64,000 nt of DNA from a virus, in IMG/VR virus record IMGVR_UViG_3300008110_000166, positions 26,421-90,420 of that record, one strand, 5' to 3'. Each line of letters starts with the position of its first letter. Position 1 is the first letter of the stretch. The notes under the pieces were generated by a model that had not been told where the DNA came from, searched no databases, and worked only from the letters and a program-made list of their open reading frames with translations. Shown here piece by piece: positions 26,388 to 36,406 of this stretch. Position numbers and translations under genes: made by a program.

Positions 26388-26852
26388 ATGAACCCAGCAC
26401 CAGTAGTGATTATCGGGAATGTCACGGCAGACCCGGAACTCACTTTCACCGCAAGCGGCCAGGCTCGCCTGGCATTTTCAGTAGCGTCAAACTACGTCTG
26501 GTACGACCAGGCCGGGGAGAAGCAGGAAAAAGTTTCCTTCTTCAACATCACGGCATGGCGTTATACCGCCGAGAACGCATCAAAGACCCTCGAAAAGGGG
26601 ATTGGTGTAATCGTTACGGGACGTCTTGAGCAGCGCACCTGGGATGACAAGGAGACTGGTCAGAAGCGTTCAACGGTAGAGGTAATTGCAGATGAAATCG
26701 CAATCAACACTCGTGCCATTGAGGCTGTGACTCGTCGCACAAAGCAAGAAGGTGGCCAGGAAGGCTCTGCTGCACCAGCGGCTCGCCGTCAGAAGCCAGT
26801 TACATCGCGTCAGCCAGTGGGCGTGGGCGCAGATGAATCTGAACCATTCTGA
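26388..26852 (+). CDS. ssb: single-stranded DNA-binding protein
   Basis: IGNVTADPEL...GRLEQRTW...acidic EPF tail; AGGAG RBS. Confidence 0.95.
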   Translation: MNPAPVVIIGNVTADPELTFTASGQARLAFSVASNYVWYDQAGEKQEKVSFFNITAWRYTAENASKTLEKGIGVIVTGRLEQRTWDDKETGQKRSTVEVIADEIAINTRAIEAVTRRTKQEGGQEGSAAPAARRQKPVTSRQPVGVGADESEPF

Positions 26853-26867
26853 TTTAAAACCACTTAG

Positions 26868-27101
26868 TTAAGCAAGACCCTCGTTAATTCCGAACCGAGA
26901 TTCGGAGACGGGGGTCTTTCTTTTTTTGCCAAAATACTTGGTCATTTCATCACCGTCAATAATCACAGACTTGCTTTCGTCGTCCGTTTTTATGTCCAGA
27001 AGTATGTCGATGACCTCTCTGACCCCGAGTACGGTTTTCGGCTCAGCCTTGACTAATTGGGATAGTTCCTTTAGGTGTTTTTCTAACATGCTCATAGCCA
27101 A
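26868..27101 (-). CDS. hypothetical protein
   Basis: ORF. Confidence 0.5.
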   Translation of the reverse strand: MAMSMLEKHLKELSQLVKAEPKTVLGVREVIDILLDIKTDDESKSVIIDGDEMTKYFGKKRKTPVSESRFGINEGLA

Positions 27102-27199
27102 AACCCTATCAAATAATTTTTATTAGAGGTTGTCACATTTCTAAAAAATCGCTACTATCAAATCAACCTACAAACACTCACCTAATAGGGGGTTATTAA

Positions 27200-27409
27200 A
27201 TGTCAGAATATAAAGCTCTTAAAACAAAGGGACTCACTCGTGGTCGCCCACGTCTTAACGACAAAGAGCGTCAAGAACGAAAGAAAGTTACTGCAATGCG
27301 GCAAGAGGCACGTCGTCGTGCGGGGTTGGTTCTTCAGCACCGCCACAATGACGAGTATGAACAACTCGTTCGGAAGGAAATGGAAAGCCTTAAGCGCGAA
27401 TCTCGCTAA
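27200..27409 (+). CDS. small basic protein with RGRP (AT-hook-like) motif
   Basis: TRGRPR; helical basic body. Confidence 0.7.
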   Translation: MSEYKALKTKGLTRGRPRLNDKERQERKKVTAMRQEARRRAGLVLQHRHNDEYEQLVRKEMESLKRESR

Positions 27410-27501
27410 CTAGGTCCAGTTATTCACAGAAGGCGCTGGCGCGGTTGATTCCGTGTCAGCGTCTTTTGCATATTCTCCGGTCTTGAATCGGAGTTTAAAA
27501 C

Positions 27502-27693
27502 CTAATTCGCTTGCCCCTTCATTGGGCTGCGACCTTTTTTCGATGGCTTCATCACCTTTGACTTGGACTTCCCATACTCCGTCTCCAGCCATTCGTCAAA
27601 ATCCTCAATATCCCCGTGGGATGACCTCGCGTACTTTTCGTACTCTCGCATCATGCCAATTAGTTCGTTATCTTCCTCATCAAACCTAGGCAT
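27502..27693 (-). CDS. hypothetical protein
   Basis: MPRFDEED... start just after the upstream stop. Confidence 0.55.
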   Translation of the reverse strand: MPRFDEEDNELIGMMREYEKYARSSHGDIEDFDEWLETEYGKSKSKVMKPSKKGRSPMKGQAN

Positions 27694-27697
27694 TATT

Positions 27698-28216
27698 CTA
27701 TGACTTTCTCGCGGCCCTTCCCGCACTTGCTGCTCGGTCTGTGTTGGCAACAAACTGTCTGCCACTGCGCGAGCCGAGAATCTTTTTTCGATTTGTTGCT
27801 CTTCTCTGAGCTGGAGTAAGTCTTGCCCACGCCGCTGCTGGAAGATATCTGCGCATTCCGCCCGGCCTGTTGGCCTTCTTGCCATCGCTGGTCGTCCACT
27901 TTTCTCTTGTCCACTCTTTTAAAGAGCGTTGAGCCTTTTTAGGCTTCCCTCTATACCCGCCACCAGCCTTGCGGTATTCGAGTGCAAGCAGTTGCGCTTT
28001 TCTTGCGCTCCACTGACCAGGATTCCCACCCTTGGAGCCAGCCATAATTCTATTTTTGATTCTCTCACGAAGTTCTGGTTTTGTGTAAGACATTTTTGCC
28101 GCTTTGCCCATTACCTCGAAGTCTGGGGCATTTTCGACGAACTCATCGACCACCTGCTGAACCCAGGCGGGAGAGCTGTCAAGCGATTTAATTTCTCTCT
28201 GTATCATTACACCCAA
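27698..28216 (-). CDS. DUF5872-like basic protein
   Basis: YTKPELRERIK...GGNPGQWSARKAQ...GGGY...SLKEWT.EKW...RYLP. Confidence 0.8.
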   Translation of the reverse strand: MGVMIQREIKSLDSSPAWVQQVVDEFVENAPDFEVMGKAAKMSYTKPELRERIKNRIMAGSKGGNPGQWSARKAQLLALEYRKAGGGYRGKPKKAQRSLKEWTREKWTTSDGKKANRPGGMRRYLPAAAWARLTPAQRRATNRKKILGSRSGRQFVANTDRAASAGRAARKS

Positions 28217-28252
28217 TAATACGCCAAAACGAATCCCTGCAGGGGTGCAGTA

Positions 28253-28579
28253 TTACTGAAGTCTCGTGTTGCACTGGGTGCAAATCTTTGCCCAGGGGTA
28301 TATCTTCAACATATATGCCGGGTGCTGGCAGTCGAGCAGCTCTGTTGCCTTGGCGTCAAGAATGTCCCGAATCCATGCGGACATGCTCTGACCGGTTACC
28401 TCTGCAGCCTTCCTCCAGCGCTCGCGACTTGCCTCCGTGGTGCGAATGAGGACAGATGTTCCGGCTGGGCCATCTTCGGTTTTGTCAATTGGCGAAATGG
28501 ACAATCCAGTCGTTTCGGAAACCTTGTTTACTGCTGCCTCTAAATTGCTATTCGTTGGAATTTTCTTCTGCATCTTCAT
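28253..28579 (-). CDS. ribbon-helix-helix-like protein with C-terminal Zn ribbon
   Basis: VLIRTT....RW..AA...GQSMSAWIR; CQH...CTQC. Confidence 0.65.
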   Translation of the reverse strand: MKMQKKIPTNSNLEAAVNKVSETTGLSISPIDKTEDGPAGTSVLIRTTEASRERWRKAAEVTGQSMSAWIRDILDAKATELLDCQHPAYMLKIYPWAKICTQCNTRLQ

Positions 28580-29225
28580 CTTCCTCCATGTCTTCGGGTT
28601 CTATCTCAATAAGAGAAGAATCTTCGATAACTTCGGCATCGATGATGTCTTTCTCGCTAAGTATTCTCTGCACTGTGCTTTCTGGCAAAACTCCGGAAGA
28701 GCCCATGAGTGCAAGCAGTTGTCTGGCTTCTGCTTCTGGGTCGAATTTCGGGCCAACCTGTTTCATTTGTTCAGAGCCAGCCAGTGTTGCTTTGATTGCA
28801 TCGTTCTGTTTTGTAGCAACGTCCATTTGCACATTTATGTTTGTCTGGTCCATGCCTAACAATTTTGTTCTTCTGTCCATAATTGAGAGCACCTGTTGTA
28901 TTGCTTTGAGGTCTGGCTCCACTTGTACTTCGGTCCCATCAGGGAGGACTTCTCTTCTATGTTGAGTCATTGGCCAGATTGCTTGTTGAAGGTTGTCCAG
29001 TCTTTCGAGTTCAAGCCTCAGTACCTCGGGGTAGGCCATCAAGGTTTCTCTATTCATCTTTTCAAGAGAACGCTGAATTGATTTTGCTACTGCACCAGTT
29101 GAGATGCCGAATCTACGAGCTATTTCGGTGGTTGATGTCCCGGCTTGACGAAGTTTAAAAATTCTTAGGTCGCGCTCGCCAAGAAATTCACGTGAAGCAA
29201 TCTTATTGCTTTTCTCTTCGCTCAT
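28548..29225 (-). CDS. HTH protein, putative terminase small subunit
   Basis: LRQAG....EIA...GIS; LELERLD.L...W; DLKAI..VL.IMDRR.KLLG pattern. Confidence 0.6.
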   Translation of the reverse strand: MSEEKSNKIASREFLGERDLRIFKLRQAGTSTTEIARRFGISTGAVAKSIQRSLEKMNRETLMAYPEVLRLELERLDNLQQAIWPMTQHRREVLPDGTEVQVEPDLKAIQQVLSIMDRRTKLLGMDQTNINVQMDVATKQNDAIKATLAGSEQMKQVGPKFDPEAEARQLLALMGSSGVLPESTVQRILSEKDIIDAEVIEDSSLIEIEPEDMEEDEDAEENSNE

Positions 29226-29242
29226 TTAACTATCTTAGTAAA

Positions 29243-31063
29243 CTATTTGCCCACATTCATAAACTCGATTACCTGGAACGGGAATGTGGTGCCACGCTTG
29301 ATTTTGAGTGGCCACTGGCGCTCATCGCGGGCCCCACGGAAGTGACGGACGTCGTAAACATAGGGTTCAGGAGCGGTCGGGTCGGGTTGTAGAGAAATAC
29401 CGAATTCCGGCCAGCGCGACCATACAGCGCTACCGAACGGCCGCAATTCTCGTGTAGCAAGAGTAGTGCCTAGTGGTGCGTGGTGTTCTAGCCACATTGC
29501 GCATCCATACCTTGTCCGCAATGAATCAAGATATCGAGCAATTTCAACAACAATTGATTCAGACGTTCTCCCACCTGGGTCTACGAAAGATTTGTAAATA
29601 GGCCCCATAACTAGAAGCTCTGGTTCTGCTCTTTCTATTGCTTCCTCGAGAATTGCCCTGTCTGGAAGTTTCATCAAATCGAGACCTGCTGGTTTTATTA
29701 GCAGTTCGCCATATACGCGCTTGACATGTCCATGCTTCATCGCCGAAGACAAAATCTTGGCAGACATTCTTCTGATGATTCTTTCCGGATTTTCAAGGTC
29801 GACAGTAAGTGTTTTGATTGGCCTCATTTGCGAATAAGTAAACGGGTGAATTCCAGCTGCCGAACAAAGCGCAATTTGTCGCGCAAGCATGGTTTTACCC
29901 ACACCCTCCGCCGCAACGACTATTACTCTTTCCTGCTTTTCTAAAAGACCAGGAATTACCCATTCGTAACTATCGTCGTCTTTTTCGTCAATGAAGTCGT
30001 TCCATTGGACAAACCTACCCTTGTCTTCCACTCCAGAGGATGCAGCTTCAAGAATAATTCTGTTTGCCCGGATGATAAGCGAGTTTGAATCTATGTCAGT
30101 TCTGTTGAGAAGTTCGCGAAGGTCTTCTACTTTTTGTGCAATAACAGAAATCTCTTCTTGCTGTGTTTCTGTTTCTTCTGTCTGCTCTACTTCATCTCCA
30201 TCATCCTGAACAGAGAATTCTTCGATGTTCACTTCTTCCGCAAATTCAAGCAATTTATCTACTGCATATCCAGCAGCAAGGTGGTCTGCAATGTCTTTAT
30301 GCTCTGGACAAATCCATACCTGAGCGTCACAACCAGCTTTAGTGAGTTCATCAAAAACTTCTTTAGCATGCACCTTGCCCGGCTCGTCATTGTCGGCAAC
30401 AATTTCAACTATTGCTCCAGCAAGAGCTTCGGTATGTATGTCTAGCCACTTACCCGCACCGCCAGGCATTGTCGTAGCAACCACACCCTGTTCTATTAGT
30501 GCATCGGCATCTTTTTCACCCTCCACCACCCACACTGGTATGCCTGCTTCGCGTGCTGCCAGAACAGCAGGGAGGTTGTAAAGGACTTTTGGTGTTTCGC
30601 CAAGAGAATAAATCCAACCACCAGCCCCATCAGGTCTGCGCTGTCTAAAAGACTTTTTACCGTCTTGGTTTACGTATCTGACTTTTTGAAACAAAAGCTC
30701 GCCATCTTCGCTTACAAAGTCGTACGACTTAACAAAGGTTAATTTGTCTGGCTGTTTCTGTTGAACAACCGATTTTGGTTTAGGCGTGACACTTCTTGTT
30801 GACGGTGGTGAGAAGTCCCCATTTGATGGACCACAAAGGTCACCTTCTTTAATGCCAACTGTGGAACATATTTCAGAAAAGGAGCAACCGTTGCCGCGGT
30901 GGCACGTAACCAAGACACGGTCTTCTGAGAATCCGATACTCAACGACGGATTATTATCATCGTTCCTGCACGGACAGCGCGCAGCCCACTGATTCTGCCC
31001 AGCAGGCCTTACACCATCAAGCCTCGCAAGGAAGTCGTCTAAACGTTCTCTGGCGTCGCTCAT
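29243..31063 (-). CDS. DNA primase-helicase (Zn finger, TOPRIM, RecA-like AAA domain)
   Basis: CPC..D...SL; VEGEKD; DND..G; AAEGVGKT; GSAVW. Confidence 0.9.
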   Translation of the reverse strand: MSDARERLDDFLARLDGVRPAGQNQWAARCPCRNDDNNPSLSIGFSEDRVLVTCHRGNGCSFSEICSTVGIKEGDLCGPSNGDFSPPSTRSVTPKPKSVVQQKQPDKLTFVKSYDFVSEDGELLFQKVRYVNQDGKKSFRQRRPDGAGGWIYSLGETPKVLYNLPAVLAAREAGIPVWVVEGEKDADALIEQGVVATTMPGGAGKWLDIHTEALAGAIVEIVADNDEPGKVHAKEVFDELTKAGCDAQVWICPEHKDIADHLAAGYAVDKLLEFAEEVNIEEFSVQDDGDEVEQTEETETQQEEISVIAQKVEDLRELLNRTDIDSNSLIIRANRIILEAASSGVEDKGRFVQWNDFIDEKDDDSYEWVIPGLLEKQERVIVVAAEGVGKTMLARQIALCSAAGIHPFTYSQMRPIKTLTVDLENPERIIRRMSAKILSSAMKHGHVKRVYGELLIKPAGLDLMKLPDRAILEEAIERAEPELLVMGPIYKSFVDPGGRTSESIVVEIARYLDSLRTRYGCAMWLEHHAPLGTTLATRELRPFGSAVWSRWPEFGISLQPDPTAPEPYVYDVRHFRGARDERQWPLKIKRGTTFPFQVIEFMNVGK

Positions 31064-31449
31064 TGTCCCTGAATGCGTGCTCGTATTTTGGAATCAGTAA
31101 GGTATTTTGAGCCTTTGTAGGCAAAACCATTGGCATTTCTTCTGCCAATCCCTGGCAAGTAAATTCGCGCTTCTCTCGATACAAGTATGTTTCGTTCTGA
31201 GCGCAAAAAGGCCCGCTCCGCTTCTGTTTTTCCACCCCAAATGCCAAGAGGCTCATTGCGAAGTGCGTAATCCAGGCACTCTTCTTGTTTTTCACATTTA
31301 AAGCAAATCGATTTTGCTTCTTCTGAATCTCGGTGAACTTTTTTTAGTTCTTCTCTTGATAAGTCAGCAACAATCATTGGAAACCATTTATTTACATCGT
31401 GTCCTTTACACAAACCATCAGTTGGTGGTAGTTCGACACTATTACTCAT
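31060..31449 (-). CDS. whiB: WhiB-family transcription factor (second copy)
   Basis: Four Cys (C..., CFKC, C) plus GIWGGKTEAER. Confidence 0.9.
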   Translation of the reverse strand: MSNSVELPPTDGLCKGHDVNKWFPMIVADLSREELKKVHRDSEEAKSICFKCEKQEECLDYALRNEPLGIWGGKTEAERAFLRSERNILVSREARIYLPGIGRRNANGFAYKGSKYLTDSKIRARIQGQ

Positions 31450-31469
31450 GTGATATTCCCCCGTAAGTG

Positions 31470-31898
31470 TTAGTTCCCCGATTGGTTGCGTGAAAGCCTA
31501 GCCACATCTGAACCAGAAAGGAACAACAGAGCGTGCTGAATTATTAAATTTCCGTTGACGTCTGCCACGACTACGTCGATTGCTTCGATTGGTATTTGAA
31601 ATCGTGTAGCGATAATTGCTTTTGTTCTGCTTATATCTATTTCTTCATTTGCTAATTTTTGATTTATATCAACTTCGTTAATAAGTTGCGCGCCTGCTCC
31701 AAGTGCTTTTATTTCTTCATCTTTGGCCTCAGCGCGAAGACACCAAGCGCATGCAAGGGTCGGTGATGTTGCAGCCCTGGGCCTTGTTTCGGTATGCCCA
31801 CAAGAAAGAAGGTGTTTGTACTTAACGCGCCCCCATGCGCCTTCTCGTGAAATTTCAACGACGCTACGACGCGGTGCCTTGCGATGCTCTGTTGTCAT
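31470..31898 (-). CDS. hypothetical Zn-binding protein
   Basis: LSCGH...CAWC. Confidence 0.65.
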   Translation of the reverse strand: MTTEHRKAPRRSVVEISREGAWGRVKYKHLLSCGHTETRPRAATSPTLACAWCLRAEAKDEEIKALGAGAQLINEVDINQKLANEEIDISRTKAIIATRFQIPIEAIDVVVADVNGNLIIQHALLFLSGSDVARLSRNQSGN

Positions 31899-31922
31899 GA
31901 CCCACCTGCTGGTGGAATCTAA

Positions 31923-32222
31923 TTACTTAGATGCGCTCTTGAACAGCTTGCGCAGCCAGTTCTTCAGACCACGTGAATCAACAGTGATTTGCGCTGGAAT
32001 GCTATCGACGAGCAATTCAATCTTTTCTGCATGCTCAGCAATTTGCTTAGCGGCAATTTCCTCGAAGAATTTGTTTGTGTCAACAAACTTCTTTGGCTTA
32101 ACTGCTGCCTTTGATGATGAAGCAGCTTTTTTCGGTGCTGCCTTCTTCTTTGCTGGGGCTTTCTTGGCCGGAGCCTTCTTAGCCGTTGCCTTTTTTGCTG
32201 CTGGTTTCTTTGCTGTTGTCAT
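31923..32222 (-). CDS. histone H1-like Ala/Lys-rich protein
   Basis: KKAPAKK repeats. Confidence 0.7.
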   Translation of the reverse strand: MTTAKKPAAKKATAKKAPAKKAPAKKKAAPKKAASSSKAAVKPKKFVDTNKFFEEIAAKQIAEHAEKIELLVDSIPAQITVDSRGLKNWLRKLFKSASK

Positions 32223-32306
32223 GACATGAAACACTAGCAAACCGCTAACGCCCCGTGGTGGAACACCCTCCCCTACTGCAGGGCTGTTTGCACCTAATGT
32301 GTACTC

Positions 32307-32948
32307 GTGGACGGCATATATGACAACGATTACAGTAAAATCGCTCTTGCTGTAACGGCCGCCCAGCTAGCAAAATCGACCTGTGTTAAGGAATTCGGCA
32401 TTGGCGAAGACCTCTCAATGAATTTTTTTGGATGGGATTCCGAAAGACTGTCAATAGTTTGCCAAATGAAACAGGAGTTCATGAGAGAGAGCCCTGAAGA
32501 GAGATTAGAGCGATGTGCTGAATTATGTAACGTAATGAGGAAGTACTGGGGGGTAGATGCGATAAGCATGATAGCCGAGGGGTATTGCTCATTTAATCAA
32601 GCCGAAACGGCCGGCAGTGAGCTTTCTCAAGCTTTTCTCGACCCCCAAAAACCAGTAAAAGAATGCATAACCGTTACCCACGTTGGCACGATGGACAGCA
32701 ACGACGACACCCGTGTGACCACAATCGTGGCCATTCCTTATGCGTATGAACTTGGACGTGATATCACCTGGTTCGACATGATTGTTTACCCAGAAAATCA
32801 TAGAAGTAAGTTCAGAAACGCCAGATTTCCAGTCGCTATCGATAAGGCCTTAAAACTTAAGGTTGTTGATGACTTACCAGAAGAGGCTTACGACGAACTT
32901 AGAAGACTTATTCTCGCTAACGGTTTCCATTTAGAAGAATTTAATTAA
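32307..32948 (+). CDS. hypothetical protein
   Basis: 213-aa ORF. Confidence 0.7.
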   Translation: MDGIYDNDYSKIALAVTAAQLAKSTCVKEFGIGEDLSMNFFGWDSERLSIVCQMKQEFMRESPEERLERCAELCNVMRKYWGVDAISMIAEGYCSFNQAETAGSELSQAFLDPQKPVKECITVTHVGTMDSNDDTRVTTIVAIPYAYELGRDITWFDMIVYPENHRSKFRNARFPVAIDKALKLKVVDDLPEEAYDELRRLILANGFHLEEFN

Positions 32949-32962
32949 AGTACTATTTAAAT

Positions 32963-33298
32963 ATGCCTTTTTATGACAATCCATATACATCTTCATTTGA
33001 AACTGGGAAGATTTTTGATGATGTTACATTCGTAAAGGCCGACAGAATGCCTTGCCCTGTTTGTGGTCATCCAACTGGTGATTGTTCATCCACAGATAAT
33101 CCACAGCCTGTGAGGATTGCTGGTTTCGGACTCAGTGAATCACTAAAAGAAGTCCAAACATATCTCCTCGAAGAAGACATCTACGAAGAGAGACAAATTA
33201 CTCCATTTTTAAAGACACGTGTGCTCGTCCATCGCAAGGGGAAGCAGATACCATACGCGGAAGCAGAAAGACTGGGGTTGGTCAAAAAGTTCATATGA
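32963..33298 (+). CDS. hypothetical protein
   Basis: CPVCGHPTGDC motif. Confidence 0.7.
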   Translation: MPFYDNPYTSSFETGKIFDDVTFVKADRMPCPVCGHPTGDCSSTDNPQPVRIAGFGLSESLKEVQTYLLEEDIYEERQITPFLKTRVLVHRKGKQIPYAEAERLGLVKKFI

Positions 33299-33372
33299 CT
33301 TTTGAACCTTTCAGTATTTCTGACTGAGTTACACTCGATACCTACCAAAAATCAACACCGTTAAGGAAAATT

Positions 33373-35298
33373 ATGACCCTGCTAGACCAATCATTCGTGG
33401 ATTCCTATTCTCTAAAAACAGCTCCGTGGGGCTTCAATGGAATGGGCGAGGTCGTTTTTCTTAGAACGTACAGCCGCAAGAAAGACGACGGAACCAACGA
33501 GACATGGACAGAAACTCTGCAACGCGTCATCAATGGTGCTCACGAAATTGGCGTCGATTACACGAAGGAAGAAGCTGAAGCGCTTTTTGACCACTGCTTC
33601 AATCTTCGCTGTTCATTCTCTGGGCGCTCGCTATGGCAACTAGGAACACCTCTTGTTCAGAAATACAATGCAACATCACTGAACAATTGCTACTTCACCA
33701 ATATCGAAAAGATTGAGGATTTCGAACTGCTATTCGAATACCTGATGCTCGGTGGTGGAGTTGGATTCTCCGTAGAGCGTTCCAAGATTCACGAACTTCC
33801 AAAGGTTAAGACTGGTGTAACAATTACACACGAGCGCTCAAACGATGCGGACATCATTGTCCCTGACTCGCGTCAAGGTTGGAAGCGTCTTCTTCATTCA
33901 GTGTTGAAGTCGTACTTCGACACGGGTAAGTCTTTCTCATACTCCACGATTCTCATTCGTGAATTCGGTGCACCACTCAAGACGTTCGGCGGTACCGCTT
34001 CAGGTCCAGGCGCACTCATTGATGGAATTGCAGACATCTGCAAAGTGATGCAGAATCGTGAAGGCAAGAAGCTTCGCTCAATTGATGTGCTTGACATTTG
34101 CAACATCATTGGTCGCATTGTTGTTTCTGGTTCGTCACGTCGTTCAGCTCAGATTGCGATGGGTGACCCAGACGACGTGCTATTTCTTCGTGCCAAGAAC
34201 TGGTCATCAGGAAACATCCCTGGCTGGAGAGCAAATTCGAACAACAGCATCTATGCGGATTACTTTGAGGAAATCATGCCTGAACTGTGGAAGGGTTACG
34301 ATGGGACTGGCGAGCCTTACGGCTTGCTAAATCGTCGTCTCGCCCGCAAGTATGGTCGTCTCGGAGAAGCCAAGGCTGACAACTCAATTGACGGATTTAA
34401 TCCATGTGCAGAGATTGCTCTTGCAGATGGTGAATCATGCAATTTGGCAACAATATTCTTGCCAAACGTTGAGTCCATGGAGCAGTTCATGGAGATTTCT
34501 CGCCTCTTGTACAAGACGCAAAAACAAATCACACGCATGGCTTATCCATACGAAAAAACCACCAATGTAGTGAGCAAGAACGCTCGCCTTGGGCAGTCGG
34601 TTACAGGAATCCTGCAATGTGGCGCCGAAAAGCTTTCATGGCTATCACCTGTTTATGAATATCTGCAGGCTTTCGATGCAACATACTCAAAAGAGCGTGG
34701 CTGGCCAGCATCTGTTCGCTTAACAACCGTTCAACCGTCGGGAACACTTTCGCTTCTTCCTGGCGTCACTCCGGGTATCCACCCTGCATATGCTCAGTAC
34801 TACATTCGCCGGGTTCGCTTTGGCGCTGCCGACCCACTAGTTGATGGACTGCGCAAGCGAGGACACAAGGTTGTGTGGGATATTGGTATTGACGGTCGTG
34901 AAGACCACACCAAGTATGTGGTTGAGTTTCCATGCATGTCTCCAGAGGACTCGGTTCTTGCCGCAAGCATGACAGCCGTTGAGCAGCTCGAATGGGTAAA
35001 GAGAATGCAAACCGAATGGGCTGATAATGCCGTATCGGTCACTGTTTATTACCGCAAGGAAGAACTTGGAGAGATTCAGGATTGGTTAAGCAAGAACTAC
35101 GACAAGAGCGTTAAGTCTGTTTCTTTCTTGCTTCACGCTGACCACAACTTCCCGCTTCCTCCATACGAAGAGACAACCAAGGAAAACTACGAGAAATTGC
35201 TTGCCAAGATTGACTCCTCAATCCCGCTACAGCAGACAACATTCCTCGGAGAACTTGACCTAGATAATTGCGCAACAGGGGCGTGCCCGATAAAGTAG
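33373..35298 (+). CDS. nrdJ: class II (adenosylcobalamin-dependent) ribonucleotide reductase, monomeric RTPR type
   Basis: RTYSR, SLNNC, GGGVG, RRSA, NPCAE, CNL, TVQPSGT, C-terminal CATGACPIK. Confidence 0.92.
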   Translation: MTLLDQSFVDSYSLKTAPWGFNGMGEVVFLRTYSRKKDDGTNETWTETLQRVINGAHEIGVDYTKEEAEALFDHCFNLRCSFSGRSLWQLGTPLVQKYNATSLNNCYFTNIEKIEDFELLFEYLMLGGGVGFSVERSKIHELPKVKTGVTITHERSNDADIIVPDSRQGWKRLLHSVLKSYFDTGKSFSYSTILIREFGAPLKTFGGTASGPGALIDGIADICKVMQNREGKKLRSIDVLDICNIIGRIVVSGSSRRSAQIAMGDPDDVLFLRAKNWSSGNIPGWRANSNNSIYADYFEEIMPELWKGYDGTGEPYGLLNRRLARKYGRLGEAKADNSIDGFNPCAEIALADGESCNLATIFLPNVESMEQFMEISRLLYKTQKQITRMAYPYEKTTNVVSKNARLGQSVTGILQCGAEKLSWLSPVYEYLQAFDATYSKERGWPASVRLTTVQPSGTLSLLPGVTPGIHPAYAQYYIRRVRFGAADPLVDGLRKRGHKVVWDIGIDGREDHTKYVVEFPCMSPEDSVLAASMTAVEQLEWVKRMQTEWADNAVSVTVYYRKEELGEIQDWLSKNYDKSVKSVSFLLHADHNFPLPPYEETTKENYEKLLAKIDSSIPLQQTTFLGELDLDNCATGACPIK

Positions 35299-35305
35299 TG
35301 GGCAT

Positions 35306-35382
35306 GCGTCGGTAGCTCAATCGGATAGAGCAACAGACTTCTAATCTGTAGGTTGCAGGTTCGATTCCTGCCCGACGCGCCA
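35306..35382 (+). tRNA. tRNA-Arg(UCU)
   Basis: Cloverleaf with CTTCTAA loop and encoded CCA. Confidence 0.95.
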
Positions 35383-35393
35383 AGGAGGGAATT

Positions 35394-36056
35394 ATGGAAT
35401 TTGGATTTGTACGTCTTGACGCATCAATGGCTGATGACTTGTCTGTTGTCAATGCGGCGAGGGTGTCTTTTGCTCAGGAGTCAGACGAGCTAAACGAGTC
35501 AGGGGTTGGTTTAATCCGTTTTCTGATGAGAGAACGTCATGGCACACCATTCGAACACAACGCGTTCAGATTTCATGTTAAATGTCCTGTGTTCGTGGCT
35601 CGTGAATGGTTCCGTCATAGAATTGGCTCGTTTAACGAGTTCTCGGCACGGTACAGTACCGTAGGGAATGAGTTCTTCAAGCCAAACATTGCGGATGTTC
35701 GTACGCAGGTTGGGAAACCTGGCAGCTATTCATTCGAACCAGTTTCTCAAGAAAAAGCAGCCATGGCGGTTCAGGAAATATCCAAGCTAAACGAGCAGGC
35801 ATATGCGACGTACGAGAGACTAATTGACCAAGGAGTTGCTAAAGAGCTCGCAAGAGTTGTTCTCCCTGTTTCGATGTATACGCAGTTTTATTGGACAGTG
35901 AATGCACGCTCTATTATGAATTTTCTTAGTTTACGAACCAGTGAAACCGCTCAAAGAGACATTAGGGAGTATGCAAAAAAGGTGGAAGAACATTTTTCAA
36001 CTTCCATGCCGGTTACACATAAGGCGTGGGTGGAAAACGGGCTAGTCTGTCCTTAA
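35394..36056 (+). CDS. thyX: flavin-dependent thymidylate synthase
   Basis: HGTPFEH, RHR.GSFNE.SARY, ELAR.VLP. Confidence 0.97.
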   Translation: MEFGFVRLDASMADDLSVVNAARVSFAQESDELNESGVGLIRFLMRERHGTPFEHNAFRFHVKCPVFVAREWFRHRIGSFNEFSARYSTVGNEFFKPNIADVRTQVGKPGSYSFEPVSQEKAAMAVQEISKLNEQAYATYERLIDQGVAKELARVVLPVSMYTQFYWTVNARSIMNFLSLRTSETAQRDIREYAKKVEEHFSTSMPVTHKAWVENGLVCP

Positions 36057-36060
36057 GCAT

Positions 36061-36133
36061 TGGTGGATAGCTCAGTTGGCAGAGCAACGGACTGTTAATC
36101 CGTGGGTCGCAGGTTCGAGCCCTGCTCCACCAG
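36061..36133 (+). tRNA. tRNA-Asn(GUU)
   Basis: TGGTGGA/TCCACCA stem, CTGTTAA loop. Confidence 0.92.
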
Positions 36134-36138
36134 CAATA

Positions 36139-36212
36139 CGGAGTGTGGCGTAGCTTGGTAGCGCGCTTGTCTGGGGGACAAGAGGTCGTAGGTTCAAATC
36201 CTGCCATTCCGA
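36139..36212 (+). tRNA. tRNA-Pro(GGG)
   Basis: CGGAGTG/CATTCCG stem, CTGGGGG loop. Confidence 0.92.
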
Positions 36213-36231
36213 CGAGTAGAATGTAGGAACT

Positions 36232-36321
36232 GGAGCGGTGGCAGAGAGGCTTATTGCACCTGTCTTGAAAACAGGAGTCCGTTTGCGCGGACCGGGGGTT
36301 CAAATCCCTCCCGCTCCTCCA
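36232..36321 (+). tRNA. tRNA-Ser(UGA)
   Basis: CTTGAAA loop, long variable arm, CCA end. Confidence 0.92.
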
Positions 36322-36325
36322 TTTA

Positions 36326-36388
36326 GTCTGGGTAGCCCAATGGCTTGTAAGCGGTAGGTCGTCAGTTCAATCCTGACCGAGGGCTCCA
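36326..36388 (+). pseudogene. tRNA-Thr(UGU) remnant with internal deletion
   Basis: Intact T-arm GTCAG-TTCAATC-CTGAC, CTTGTAA loop and CCA; the 3' D-arm and 5' anticodon stem are missing. Confidence 0.6.
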
Positions 36389-36406
36389 GATACTACAATT
36401 GGATAC

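Noticed and set aside
36232-36321. Suppressor tRNA or stop-codon reassignment
   Set aside because: The TGA anticodon reads UCA (Ser), and long conserved genes translate cleanly with the standard code
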